Positions 31,053 to 41,871 of a stretch of 64,000 nucleotides of DNA are shown piece by piece (the stretch's first letter is position 1; every line of letters starts with the position of its first letter). A program made the position numbers and the translations under genes. The stretch comes from an uncultured bacterium (GTDB taxonomy: Bacteria; CSSED10-310; CAZUFC01), in assembly GCA_964619725.1 (NCBI GenBank), contig CAZUFC010000014.1, positions 1 through 64,000 on the forward strand. The letters are read 5' to 3'. The notes under the pieces are model-generated. The model was given only the letters and a program-made list of their open reading frames with translations, searched no databases and was not told the DNA's origin.

Positions 31053-32645
31053 TTACAGCAAAAAAATTAAAGTGACGACCACAAAGAGTGGTATGAGTAT
31101 CGGCAGGGAATACTTGACGATATACCCGAAAAAACTGGGCATGTCGACATTGTTCTCCTCCGCGATTGATTTGACCATAAAATTCGGAGCGTTTCCAATA
31201 TAGGTGTTCGCTCCCATAAAAACCGCTCCCAGCGATATGGCCGTCAAATACCTTACATATTCCTGGAACGCAGCGGGGTCCATGCCGGCGACGATCTCTT
31301 TTGTCTTGAGATACCCGGAAATGCATTCTTCCGTCAAACCGACCTTGCCCAGAGCGCAACTGAAAAACGTCAGGTAGGTGGGAGCATTATCAAGAAAACT
31401 CGACAGAACTCCCGTTACCCAGAAATAATGAAAGGGCTCCTTTACCGCTTTGATTAAAGAAGCGAACGCCCCGTGGGGACCGGCTTTCAGTATGGCCAGC
31501 ATGGGTATGATAGTCATGAAAATCCCGGCGAATAAATATGCCACCTCCTTGATGGGAAACCAGGAAAAATTGTTTTCGTCCCGGTAGATTTTCGGCGTCG
31601 ACTTTATCGAAATCAATCCCATGCTGATCAATATGATCTCACGCGCCAGGTTTCTTATCGGAACCATTACACCCAATATATTCACCGCCCTGGAACCCCC
31701 TTCCCACAAACCGCTGATCAGCACTCCCGCCATGACGCCTCCCAGCAGAAGAAAATTATGAATTCCTTTGACGCGTATAGGTTCGGATGATCCTTCCCGC
31801 TGCGACTGCCCGTGAACTTCCTTTTTATAAAAATAAGTGTCGATGACAAAAAATATCAATAGCAACGCTATGGATACGAAAGCCATCTGGGGAAATAAAC
31901 TTAAAGTCCAGAAAAACGGAACTCCATGGATGAAGCCTAAAAACAAAGGCGGATCGCCTAAAGGCGTTAAACATCCGCCGATGTTGCTCACCAGGAAAAT
32001 AAAGAAAACAATGATGTGCGTTTTCCTGATCCTCATGGAGTTCGATTTTAAAATCGGCCGTATCATCACCATGGATGCGCCGGTCGTTCCGATCCAGGAG
32101 GCGAATATGGTCCCGATGAACAGAAGAATGACGTTGTTGAGGGGAGTTCCTTTTATGTCGCCTTTGATCAGGATGCCGCCTGCTACTGTAAAAAGAGCCC
32201 ACAACAACACTATGAAAGGAATATAATCAACAAGGTAAATATGTAGAATTTCATGAACGCCCGTCCCCTTGTAAACCAAAACGAACGGCACAGCAAAAAC
32301 CAGCGCCCAGAATGCCGAAACTTTCGGAAAATGATGATGCCACCACTTCGGCTTGAACAGAGGAAACAACGCTATCGACAGCAGTATCCCTAAAAACGGC
32401 AGGCCCGTCCATAAAGGCAATTCCGACCCCAGGTTATGATGCCCTCCATGTCCTTCATCATGCTCCTGTTCAGACCCTCCGGCAGCCCCCTCTGCTTGCG
32501 GCTCTCCCTCCATAGTCGCCTCAGCCGGCGCTGTCCCGTGATGCGCACCAGGCTCTTCAGCGTGAATTCCTGCCGACGCTGAAAAAAGAAAAACCGCTAT
32601 GGCTGCGAACATCACCCCGTCTCTCCATTTCACAGGTCTCAGCAT
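31053..32645 (-). CDS. Putative sodium:proton antiporter (IT superfamily, CitMHS_2-like) with His-rich N-terminus
   Basis: IGTTGASM, SNIGGCLTPLGDPPLFLGF, SSFLDNAPTYL, GANTYIGNAPNFMVK. Confidence 0.88.
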   Translation of the reverse strand: MLRPVKWRDGVMFAAIAVFLFSASAGIHAEEPGAHHGTAPAEATMEGEPQAEGAAGGSEQEHDEGHGGHHNLGSELPLWTGLPFLGILLSIALFPLFKPKWWHHHFPKVSAFWALVFAVPFVLVYKGTGVHEILHIYLVDYIPFIVLLWALFTVAGGILIKGDIKGTPLNNVILLFIGTIFASWIGTTGASMVMIRPILKSNSMRIRKTHIIVFFIFLVSNIGGCLTPLGDPPLFLGFIHGVPFFWTLSLFPQMAFVSIALLLIFFVIDTYFYKKEVHGQSQREGSSEPIRVKGIHNFLLLGGVMAGVLISGLWEGGSRAVNILGVMVPIRNLAREIILISMGLISIKSTPKIYRDENNFSWFPIKEVAYLFAGIFMTIIPMLAILKAGPHGAFASLIKAVKEPFHYFWVTGVLSSFLDNAPTYLTFFSCALGKVGLTEECISGYLKTKEIVAGMDPAAFQEYVRYLTAISLGAVFMGANTYIGNAPNFMVKSIAEENNVDMPSFFGYIVKYSLPILIPLFVVVTLIFLL

Positions 32646-32929
32646 TTCATATCTCCTTTAAAAGTGTAAAAATCACAAATCTGGAAAATTCCATTGAAAA
32701 TATAAAAATAATTTGACATTCCTTACTCTCCCCTCACCTTCAGTAAAATTCAGCCTCGACGTTTACCGTTTCTTCAGGGTCGGTTTTCGACGAAAGCTCT
32801 CACCCCGCATTTTTCGATCCGAACCCCAAATCAAACCGGAATCTCCCTCATAACATATTACATATTATCAATCAAGCCTTTAATGTTCCAGCCGACGCTT
32901 TCCTTCACTCACTCGCTCCGGCCCTGTTC

Positions 32930-32984
32930 AGCGCCTGTCCAGCATCGAAATTTGAATCGGATATCGAATTGAGGGACAGGCGCT
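32930..32984. repeat. 55-bp palindromic element, copy 2
   Basis: AGCGCCTGTCC...GGACAGGCGCT; homologous to 1-55. Confidence 0.8.
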
Positions 32985-33065
32985 GATTAAAAAAAAATAC
33001 GGCTTGTTTTTTCTTGATATCCTGAGACAATATTGTTAACATTTTAATAGAAGTATGGAGGGATA

Positions 33066-33812
33066 ATGATGGTCAGAGTTTTACTCGTGGAAGATAATCA
33101 AATTGACGCTTTTATTTTTGAATCGACATTGGCGAGATCAGGCGAATTCGAAATTACGGTGGAAAGCCGGGGCGAAGATGCATTGGCGCTGCTGACAAAA
33201 GAAAATTTCGATATTATCGTTCTTGATCATTATCTTCCCGGTATGGGCGGACTTACGATCCTGAAAGACCTGAAAAGACGAGGGATACAAACGCCCGTAG
33301 TTTATCTGACAGGTGTCGGCAGCGAAGATGTAGCGGTTGAAGCGCTTAAGCTGGGGGCTTTTGAGTATCTCAATAAGGATAAAATCCAGGAAGATACATT
33401 GATCAATGTTCTGCAAAGGACTCTGAAAGAGAGCGGGAAGTCTTTGACCAAAGATGCCGAAAGATATTATGAGACAGGTGAAAACAAGCTGAGAGAATTG
33501 TCTGTATTTTTTGATGCTGGCAAAACCGGGGAAGCCGTTTTATCCAAATCATTGCGACAGGAATGGATCGACTTGATGGAAAACTCCTCCAAATCTGTAC
33601 TGACGATGGCTGAAAAGGATAAACAGTTAAAAGAATTCTACGACAAACTCCCCAAAAACAATGATTTTTTATCTGACTTGCTGAAATCTTCCATCGAGTA
33701 TCTGAGGAGCGAAAATGTAACTTCAAGCTCAGTCAATCCGCTTCATTTGATATTGAACATCTATCAGTCTCTCCTTCACATCTTTATAATACACCACAAC
33801 CAAAGCCGATAA
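33066..33812 (+). CDS. Response regulator (receiver plus unknown helical C-terminal domain)
   Basis: VLLVED, LDHYLPG, LTG, ALKLGAFEYLNK. Confidence 0.88.
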   Translation: MMVRVLLVEDNQIDAFIFESTLARSGEFEITVESRGEDALALLTKENFDIIVLDHYLPGMGGLTILKDLKRRGIQTPVVYLTGVGSEDVAVEALKLGAFEYLNKDKIQEDTLINVLQRTLKESGKSLTKDAERYYETGENKLRELSVFFDAGKTGEAVLSKSLRQEWIDLMENSSKSVLTMAEKDKQLKEFYDKLPKNNDFLSDLLKSSIEYLRSENVTSSSVNPLHLILNIYQSLLHIFIIHHNQSR

Positions 33813-33960
33813 GAAATTCCGTCATAAGACCGCAAAAAAAACGTTCGTCGCTACGGGAAATTGTGACTCCCACTTGATCAAACCCTCAAATTTTTTTAGG
33901 ATTTATGCTTGAAGCAGGGAAGGTTTGAGGATTGAAGAGGAGAAATAAATTAAAGGATCA

Positions 33961-34551
33961 ATGACCATGAGCAAAGGCGGTTTAATAAATAACTTTGTAA
34001 AGCGGGCCCCGGTAAAAAAAGAGGGACGATTTTACAAGGGGCCTATAGCGGGAATCTTTGGATTCACTTTGATAGAGATACTGGTGGGCCTGGCGATTTT
34101 CGTTCTGGTTATGTCGATAGCTTTCAGCATGATCCAGCAGTGCAAAAAGAGAAGCCGTCGGCAAATATCACGGATTGATCTGAAATGCCAGGCAGAAGAA
34201 ATATTCGATATAATGGAGGCTGATGTAAGTCGTTGCAACCGAATATTGGAAGACTACGGACACTTTGTGACCGACCCGAATGAAACGGTATTAAGCGACG
34301 CCAGCACTAATCCTGCAACGATAATAGTATTCTCTCTGACTCCGAAAGGGCTTATTAAAAACACATTTTTCGGCGATCAGCATTCTTTGACGCCGTTAGC
34401 GGAAAATGTGGATACCTTTGAAATCGAATATAGTCCGATGCCGATAACGGCTTCAAAGGTTATGACCGTCCGTCTCGTTCTTTACAATCCTGCTCCCGGG
34501 AAAGATAAAGTAAGCTGTTTAAAAGTGTTTGCCGTCGGTTCCGCCCTTTGA
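33961..34551 (+). CDS. Prepilin-type N-terminal cleavage/methylation protein (minor pilin/pseudopilin)
   Basis: G|FTLIEILVGLAIF motif. Confidence 0.8.
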   Translation: MTMSKGGLINNFVKRAPVKKEGRFYKGPIAGIFGFTLIEILVGLAIFVLVMSIAFSMIQQCKKRSRRQISRIDLKCQAEEIFDIMEADVSRCNRILEDYGHFVTDPNETVLSDASTNPATIIVFSLTPKGLIKNTFFGDQHSLTPLAENVDTFEIEYSPMPITASKVMTVRLVLYNPAPGKDKVSCLKVFAVGSAL

Positions 34552-34584
34552 ATTCCTGCATCCGGGCAATAAGCGCACCCGATA

Positions 34585-34673
34585 TTTCGATTGCGATACC
34601 GATACCGACCCCGATTACAGAAACAAACTATCGAAAGTTTTGATAGAAGCGCAACCCCTGTTTGATCAGTCCC
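34585..34673 (-). repeat. Dispersed repeat family A, inverted partial copy
   Basis: Reverse complement CGGGACTGATCAAACAGGGGTTGCG..TCAAAACTTTCGATAGTTTGTTTC..GGGGTCGGTATCGGTATCGCAATCGAAA. Confidence 0.8.
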
Positions 34674-34741
34674 GAATTTACTCGTCTCGAATTATTTGAC
34701 GGACCACATGATTGTCCATGCTGCCGAAAACCTGAACGATA

Positions 34742-35270
34742 TGCGATTGACGGTAATGTCGACCCTCTTATTCGTGAGATTCGCGAGATTCGTGGTTTTC
34801 ATTATTTCTACATCAACTTCAACATCGTCATCCGCTTTTACCGCAGGCATTAACGAAACTGTATCGTAATCTTTCTTGCATCAATCCGTGTTATTCCTGA
34901 TGTTCGCGATACCTTAATGAACCTATTTTGATTCATTATTAGCATTGGTTTGACTGTGGTTTCGGGCTTTTCGAAAACGTCCGGGAAGCAGGTTTTCATC
35001 CAGGTTGGTTGAGACTTATCCGCGTGATCGGATTTTGACCACGCAGCGGAAAGCGGCAGGATGTCGCTTCTACTTTTCCTTCGTTCTTTGAGGATGATTG
35101 TTCTGTTACAGTTATCTCATGTTGTGCGATTGACGGCAATATCGACCCTCTTATTCGTGTGATTCGCGTGATTCGTGGTTTCAATATTTCAACTTCAACG
35201 TCGTCATCCGCGTTTACCGCAAGCCTTAATGAATCTGTATCGCATTCCTTCCTGCATCAAACCTTGTTAT
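34742..35270. repeat. Two ~150-bp imperfect direct repeats (34742-34894 and 35125-35270)
   Basis: TGCGATTGACGG..GACCCTCTTATTCGTG.GATTCGCG.GATTCGTGG..CAACTTCAAC.TCGTCATCCGC..TGCATCAA..TGTTAT in both. Confidence 0.9.
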
Positions 35271-35458
35271 CTGTTTGATTTGCGGTACGAAATCTTGAAT
35301 GCCCCCGGCTTAACGAAACGACCAGCCGGGTTTTCCTGATTGTTCCTGTTTTTTACCGGTCCCTTCGAGATCGAATATCAGATTCTTCTTCACGAAAATG
35401 GAATTTACTGCAAAAAAAAATTGTGCTATAAGAATTCTCCGGTTGTGGGAGGATCGCA

Positions 35459-36418
35459 TTGGGACTGAGCATTTTTCTATTGATATTCGGTTTCTTCGCG
35501 CTTTATTTAGGCGCTGAGGGTCTTGTCAGGGGAAGTTCAAAAACGGCCCGAATATTCGGAATTCGTCCGGTGATAATAGGCGCGACTATTGTGGCCTATG
35601 GAACTTCCATGCCTGAATTTGTGGTAAGCGTAGTGGCCAGCGCCAAAGGGACGAGCGACATAGCGCTGGGCAACGTAATCGGCAGCAATATTTTCAACAT
35701 CGCCCTGGTGCTTGGATTATCAACTATTTTCACGCGGTTGATCGTCGATCCGTTGCTGATTCGACGCGAACTGCCCTTCATGCTGGGCGGCACTGTCGCC
35801 ATTTGCCTGATGTCGCTTAACGGGACAATCGGAAGAATCGATGGAATCATACTCTGGGCGGCGCTTATAGCCTTTTCTTATGTGATGATCGTTAAAATAA
35901 AAAAGGAGAGGAAAGCGGCCAACCTGGAGCGCATCGAGAAACAAATGGAAAAACCGGAGAAAAATTTTAAACTGATTTTAATCAATGCCGTGTTAATCAT
36001 TTTCGGCAGCATCGGCTTGGTATCCGGAGCGGAATATCTTGTGAGCGCCGTCATTTATTTCGGGAACTATTTTAATATCAGTCCCCGCATCATCGGCATC
36101 ACGGTCGTGGCGACCGGGACTTCGCTTCCGGAACTGGCCGCCTCTATCGTAAGCGCTTTTCATAAGGAGGCCGATCTTTGCATCGGCAATATCATAGGCA
36201 GCAATATTTTCAATATCATGATGGTCGTCAGCACGGCCGGCCTGGTAAGACCCTTTCCGGTCAACGTACAGAATTTATGGGTGGAATATTTCTTCCTTCT
36301 GGCTTATTCATTCGCCCTCTATCCGATTTTAAAATCTAAAAATTACATTCCCACCCTTTACGGCGTGCTTTTTGTCCTGGGATATCCCGTATTCGTCCTG
36401 ATGTTGTTCCTGAAATAA
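35459..36418 (+). CDS. Calcium/sodium antiporter (YrbG/CaCA family)
   Basis: Two alpha repeats GTSMPE/GTSLPE and GN.IGSNIFN. Confidence 0.93.
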   Translation: MGLSIFLLIFGFFALYLGAEGLVRGSSKTARIFGIRPVIIGATIVAYGTSMPEFVVSVVASAKGTSDIALGNVIGSNIFNIALVLGLSTIFTRLIVDPLLIRRELPFMLGGTVAICLMSLNGTIGRIDGIILWAALIAFSYVMIVKIKKERKAANLERIEKQMEKPEKNFKLILINAVLIIFGSIGLVSGAEYLVSAVIYFGNYFNISPRIIGITVVATGTSLPELAASIVSAFHKEADLCIGNIIGSNIFNIMMVVSTAGLVRPFPVNVQNLWVEYFFLLAYSFALYPILKSKNYIPTLYGVLFVLGYPVFVLMLFLK

Positions 36419-36651
36419 TTGCAAAAAATATCCGATGTTGCTTTATACTATGGAACATTTTCCATTTTCGATTAAATTCGCGGGCCCGCGAGCAGGGAGT
36501 TTTTAATTTGAGAAGACGGATCACACAGCAGCAAGCAGAAAAGCACAGGATTTTTTCTTCTTCTATGAAGCCTGACTTTTACATTCGTTCTGCGACAATA
36601 GATTTTCTTTCGTTTAACCCCAATTGCCGGAAAGTGGTTTGACGAACCCTG

Positions 36652-38841
36652 ATGATGGTCATAGTCAAGGATATTTCAGCTTTTCCGGTTCTGTTAATAG
36701 AGCTGTTTTTTTTCTGGCGTTCAGGAAGTCTCATTGCCGAAGCTCTTTTCAAAGAGTGGCCGATTCGCCGGAAAATTCCGGCAGCCTTTGTTTTTTCTCT
36801 CGTTTTATCGGCGCTTCTGGTTATTCTGACAGGGAACCTCGGAATATTGACTCCAATTTCGATCCTTGCGTTCGCCGGCGCGTCTTTTTTATTGGTCAGG
36901 CATATTACCGGCAAAATTCGTCGGACCGAATCAGCTTCCAAACGCACCCCCATCAGCATCAGGAATAAATCAGGAGAATCATCGAGTATCGTTTCTCCGG
37001 GAAACGGCTCCTTATTTCATTCCAGACTTCCCGATATACAGGCGCTTTTTTTCATCGCTTTCATATCTCTGATAATTATATCCGCCCTGGCGGAAAGAAT
37101 GGATGACGGGCCCGGAGGTTGGGATGCCTTTACATATCATCTCGAATTTCCGGCGTTCTGGCTGCAAAGCCGGCATTTCGAGAATCCCATTCAGCATTGC
37201 GGCGATCAAGGGCCGCCTTTTTATCCCATGAATGGAGAAATATGGACTTTTTTGCTTATGGCGCCTTTCGGAGACGATTTTGCGGCCCGTTTCGTTCAAC
37301 TGCCCTTTCTCCTTATCGCTCTCATGTGCCTCTACAATATCGCAGAATTAATCGAAATTCCCCATAAATCAAGGCTGTTCGTCGTGTTTATTTTCGCTCT
37401 CACTCCAATGGTTCCCGGTATGACGACGATTGCTTTCAACGATCTTATACTTGCCTCTTTATTCTGTCTCGCATTTTTCTGGATACTGATGTCATGGAAA
37501 TATCCTTCTTTCCCTTCTGTTTTAACCGCAGGGCTTGCCCTGGGGCTCTTTCTCGGAACAAAATATAATGCTCTCCTGTATTCTCTGCCTTTGATGGTTA
37601 TTCTGACAGCCGTCATTATATTTAAATGCCGCTCCAGATTAAAAAGCGCCATTGTCGTCTGTCTGGCGGTCATTACGGGCGGAGGTTTTACATACTTACG
37701 AAACTGGATTATAACCGGCGATCCTGTGTATCCCGTTCATCTGGAATTATTCGGTAAGGTTTTACTTGAAGGCATCTACAGCGTCAATTTATTCGATTCA
37801 TACGGGTTCCATCAAATTGATTTCGACGTTCTTTTTTTCGGTGCGCCTGCTTTTGAAACGGTGGGACATCAAGTCGCCTGGCTGCTTATCCCGGTCCTGC
37901 CCTTTGCGTTCATCGCAGCGGCCTTTAAGGCGATGAGAAACAGGAAAGGGCTGCCGTTACTCGTTATCCCAATGCCGTTGATCCTTTTTGCTCTTTTTTA
38001 CTTCAAAATGCCTTATCGCTATCATCCCCGATTCATACTGCCCGCCATAGCGATTGCAGCCCTCAGCCCCGTCTATCTTTTTCACAGCCTCCCTCGATTT
38101 CCGGCTTCAGCCCTTCTCACCCTGATCTGCACAATCATTATCCTGATTAATCCGTTTCCGTTATTCGCAAACAAGGCCGTTATCCTGATGATATGCCTTC
38201 CTGCAGCCGTCATCCTTTATTTTACACCCTATTTTCCCGTCACTCTCAACAAACCTCTTTTGACTGCTCAAACATTCATAAAAAAGTGGAAAAAAATACT
38301 CGTCGCAACCATCTTAATCCTGAGCGCGGGATTCGGTCCTGTTCTGCTTTCACGCTACCGCGACGGAAAATGGGACCACCTCGAAGGAGAATTCGGCCAC
38401 GCCGCTCGTTGGCTGTACGAAAATTCACGTAGCGAATCGTTCAAAATTGCCTATTCCGGCACGAACGGGCCATATCCCTTCCGCGGTTTCCGCTTGAACA
38501 ACCCTCTTTACTTTGTTCCGCGCAACAAGACCATCGATTCCCATATCTACGGCTTCGGACGCTCTTTTGAAAATCCCGGAGAACCTCAAAATAAATCAGC
38601 CTGGTTGAAGAATCTCAAAAAAATGCGTATTCAACGACTGCTGACCGCATCCGAAATAAAAGGAACTTTTCCCGCCGAAGATAAATGGGCTGATGAACAG
38701 GGTTTTCTGAGGGTCTATTCCTCACATCACTACCACATTTACGATTGTACATCTTATTCCGAAAATGCTCTTCAATCAGGGGAAAACGACAGAGACGACA
38801 AAACCAGACCCAGGCAAATCATAAGATTGAAAGAGAAATGA
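36652..38841 (+). CDS. Large polytopic membrane protein, GT-C glycosyltransferase-like
   Basis: WDAFTYHL.P, FYPMNGE, GTKYN, YLRNWIITGDPVYP; many TM segments. Confidence 0.75.
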   Translation: MMVIVKDISAFPVLLIELFFFWRSGSLIAEALFKEWPIRRKIPAAFVFSLVLSALLVILTGNLGILTPISILAFAGASFLLVRHITGKIRRTESASKRTPISIRNKSGESSSIVSPGNGSLFHSRLPDIQALFFIAFISLIIISALAERMDDGPGGWDAFTYHLEFPAFWLQSRHFENPIQHCGDQGPPFYPMNGEIWTFLLMAPFGDDFAARFVQLPFLLIALMCLYNIAELIEIPHKSRLFVVFIFALTPMVPGMTTIAFNDLILASLFCLAFFWILMSWKYPSFPSVLTAGLALGLFLGTKYNALLYSLPLMVILTAVIIFKCRSRLKSAIVVCLAVITGGGFTYLRNWIITGDPVYPVHLELFGKVLLEGIYSVNLFDSYGFHQIDFDVLFFGAPAFETVGHQVAWLLIPVLPFAFIAAAFKAMRNRKGLPLLVIPMPLILFALFYFKMPYRYHPRFILPAIAIAALSPVYLFHSLPRFPASALLTLICTIIILINPFPLFANKAVILMICLPAAVILYFTPYFPVTLNKPLLTAQTFIKKWKKILVATILILSAGFGPVLLSRYRDGKWDHLEGEFGHAARWLYENSRSESFKIAYSGTNGPYPFRGFRLNNPLYFVPRNKTIDSHIYGFGRSFENPGEPQNKSAWLKNLKKMRIQRLLTASEIKGTFPAEDKWADEQGFLRVYSSHHYHIYDCTSYSENALQSGENDRDDKTRPRQIIRLKEK

Positions 38842-38875
38842 CAAACCCGGGTGAGACTGAAAAGAGGGTTATTTT

Positions 38876-39077
38876 CGGGACTGATCAAGCCGGGGTTGCA
38901 CTTTTTTCAAAACGCTTGACAGTTTGTTTCGGGGTCGGTATCGGTATCGGGTTCGGGATCGAAACAAAATAATTAAAGGAAAATATGTCTTGTCCGGATA
39001 CTATTTTTAAAGCTTCTTAATTATTCAAGACCGCAAAAATTGTAAACTCAAAAGACGCATTTTTGATCAATACCTCA
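38876..39077 (+). repeat. Dispersed repeat family A, copy
   Basis: CGGGACTGATCAAGCCGGGGTTGCACTTTTTTCAAAACGCTTGACAGTTTG..GGGGTCGGTATCGGTATC..ATCGAAACAAAAT..CAAAAGACGCATTTTTGATCAATACC. Confidence 0.8.
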
Positions 39078-39167
39078 TTTACAATTTGACAATGCCATTT
39101 TCCACGGATAACGCGCATGCACAGTGATAAGACGAAAGTAATTCTATAATTCGGTCATTACTTTATT

Positions 39168-41768
39168 TCAGGTCTTTTTTTCTTCTTCTATTTCCTGTTT
39201 CCAGAGTCGGATCAGCTTTTTCAGTTCGGTCTGCGCAGGTTGAACAGCGAGAGATTCTTCCAGGTATTCCAGAGCTTCCTGTTTTCGATCCAGCGAATGA
39301 AGTATCAGGGCCGTCGAATTCAGAATTCTGAACAGCTTGGGATTAATATTGAGGGCTTTTTTGTAATATTCCAAGGCTTTTTCGAGTTCGCCTCTTCTCT
39401 GATAGATTGATGCGGCTCGAATCCACGCAGAAGCGTAATCCGGATTCCTTTCCATAGCGTCCTCAAAGAGGCTTAAAGCCTGATCGAATTTTTCTTCTTT
39501 CAACCTCAGGAGGGCCAGATTATGGTAAGCTTCTGCGAAATCCGGGTTCGCTTTGACGGCATTTCTGTAAGCTTCCTCCGCTTCGTCTATCAGCTCCTGT
39601 CTATCTTTGACTATGCCCAGGTTATTGTGAGCTTCCGCGTAGTAAGGATTCAACTCAATAGCCTGCCTGAATTTTTTTTCAGCGTTTCTGAGATCGCCCA
39701 GTTGCAGGAGAAAAGTGCCGTAATTATTGTGAACGAAAGGATTGTCCGCCTGAACTTCAATGGCTTCTTCATAGTAACGGCGGGCATCTTTTTCCTTGTT
39801 GAGCTGTCCGTACAACAATCCGAGATTGTTGTAAGGACCGATGAAGTCCGGATCGGCTTCAATGGCTTTCAGATAGTAAGTCTCCGCTGTATCCAATTTT
39901 CCCTGGCTTTTCGCTATATTGCCGAGAGAATTAAGGGCATCAGCCATCATGGGATCGGCTTTGAGCGCTTCGAGGAATTCCTTTTCCGCCTTGTCCAACT
40001 GGTTCAGATTCATGTATAACTTTGCCAGCGTCGAATGGACTTGTGCAGACCGGGGATTCAATTCCAGCAATTCTTTCAGCTTTTCTTCCGCCTTTACGGC
40101 CTGACCCCTCATCTGCAAAATATCGGCTTCAAGCAGTCTCAGGTATTCCGATTCAGGGTCCATTTCCAGCGCCTTGCTTATCAGCTCTTCCGCCTTTTTG
40201 ACTCTGCCTTCTCTGATGTATATGGAGGCCAGGTTCGCCAGAGCGGGCACAGAATTCGGGTTATCTTCCAACGCGGATTCGAATTGATCTTTGGCTTTTT
40301 GAATTTCGCCTTTTCCCATGAGGGCCGTTCCCAGGTTTATCTGGGAAGCGGGCGTTTCGGAGTCCACATAGCCGAGATTGGCGAGTTTATCCATAATTTG
40401 CCCGTCAAGCGAAGACGCGACCGGTTCTGTTTCGCCTATTCCCTCGACATCAACAGGCTCTGCAGCCTTTTTAGGCAATTGTGCCAGATATTGCTGCTTA
40501 AAAGCATCCCGGAGAACCTCGCCTTCCATATTGGCGGGTATGGGAAGATTCATCATGGCGAGTAAGGTTGGAGCGATATCCATGGCTCCGACGACTCCTA
40601 TGTCCCGGTTCTTTTTAACGCCGTCGCCGTCCACGAGGACAATGCCGAATTTTCTATGCCAGTCCGCGGCAGGCCCTATGCCGATTCTCGGATCGGTAAT
40701 GGGTCTGTCGTCTCCGAATTTGAAACCATGGTCCGAACAGAGCATCACTTTCCTTTTGCCGTCGTTTATGCTCAGCAGCTCACCCAATAACTCATCGTGA
40801 TAAATATAATAATTTTCGATGGTTTCGCCGTATCGCCGAACCTCTTCTTCTGAAACTCCCTCCATAGCCGGAGGCCTGTAACGGGCGAAGAGATGACATA
40901 TCGTATCCGTACCTTCGAAATACAAACAGAAAAACTGCGGCGAATACTTCGCCAGCAGGTACCGGGCCATTTCATAATAAGTTATTGTGGATGAAAGAAT
41001 GCCTTTAAAATCATCCACAGTCCTGAACAAACCCGGATCACGCATAGCGCCGGCATAAAAATCTTCCTCTTTCAGGTCCCAGAATCGTGTAGTATCCTTG
41101 TGTCTTATCCCCGCTCGCGAACTCTTGAAATTGCCCAGCTCATCATACAGCAGCTCTGGAAAAACCTTACGCGATTCTTCCTCCTCTATCGTATCATAAC
41201 GGAACAACTGATAAGCTACCCTGTCGGAAACCATCGCACCCTTGACCCGCTCCGCAGGCCACGTTCCCCAGAATCCGACGAATATGGAACTCAGATCGCT
41301 CTCGGAAAGAATATTCCATAAAGCCGGCGCCTGACGAATGTTCGACGTTATCGGTATCCGGTTGCCGCTGACTCGACTGGCTACCCAAAAATCAAGTATC
41401 CCGTGATGCTCCGGCGATACTCCCGTCGCCATACTCGTCCATACCACCGGTGATAATGCCGGTGGTATCGTTTTCAACAATCCCCAGCTTCCCTGGTTCT
41501 TCAGAGCATTGAAATGAGGCATCCGCCCCTGCTCCATCAAGGGGTCCAACAAATTCCAGTCTGCAGCATCCCAGCCTATCCATAAAACCCCCTCAAAGCG
41601 CTGCAACATTGACCCCGACTGAAAAACCTCCGATCCTCCCCTTTCATCAATCTCGCTCTTTGCGTTTTCAAACTCCTCCAACACAAAAGGAGATAACTTG
41701 AAAACAGCGTAAGCTGCGGCAAAACCGAACAGGAATCCCAGTATTATGCCTTTTATACGAAAATTCAT
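39168..41768 (-). CDS. AlkP-superfamily phosphodiesterase-like domain fused to a long TPR array
   Basis: IGWDAADW, SPVVWTSMATG, DTICH, CSDHGF, LANLGY, then about 11 TPRs (AEAHNNLG, AEAYHNLA). Confidence 0.9.
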   Translation of the reverse strand: MNFRIKGIILGFLFGFAAAYAVFKLSPFVLEEFENAKSEIDERGGSEVFQSGSMLQRFEGVLWIGWDAADWNLLDPLMEQGRMPHFNALKNQGSWGLLKTIPPALSPVVWTSMATGVSPEHHGILDFWVASRVSGNRIPITSNIRQAPALWNILSESDLSSIFVGFWGTWPAERVKGAMVSDRVAYQLFRYDTIEEEESRKVFPELLYDELGNFKSSRAGIRHKDTTRFWDLKEEDFYAGAMRDPGLFRTVDDFKGILSSTITYYEMARYLLAKYSPQFFCLYFEGTDTICHLFARYRPPAMEGVSEEEVRRYGETIENYYIYHDELLGELLSINDGKRKVMLCSDHGFKFGDDRPITDPRIGIGPAADWHRKFGIVLVDGDGVKKNRDIGVVGAMDIAPTLLAMMNLPIPANMEGEVLRDAFKQQYLAQLPKKAAEPVDVEGIGETEPVASSLDGQIMDKLANLGYVDSETPASQINLGTALMGKGEIQKAKDQFESALEDNPNSVPALANLASIYIREGRVKKAEELISKALEMDPESEYLRLLEADILQMRGQAVKAEEKLKELLELNPRSAQVHSTLAKLYMNLNQLDKAEKEFLEALKADPMMADALNSLGNIAKSQGKLDTAETYYLKAIEADPDFIGPYNNLGLLYGQLNKEKDARRYYEEAIEVQADNPFVHNNYGTFLLQLGDLRNAEKKFRQAIELNPYYAEAHNNLGIVKDRQELIDEAEEAYRNAVKANPDFAEAYHNLALLRLKEEKFDQALSLFEDAMERNPDYASAWIRAASIYQRRGELEKALEYYKKALNINPKLFRILNSTALILHSLDRKQEALEYLEESLAVQPAQTELKKLIRLWKQEIEEEKKT

Positions 41769-41871
41769 CTATCCGTCCGGATTCCTCTCCTTTCCCACAT
41801 CATCTCTTTTTTGATTTTTATTTCTCCTTATCAAAATTCAGCGCCTCTATCTTTCGTTCTATTCCGCCTCT

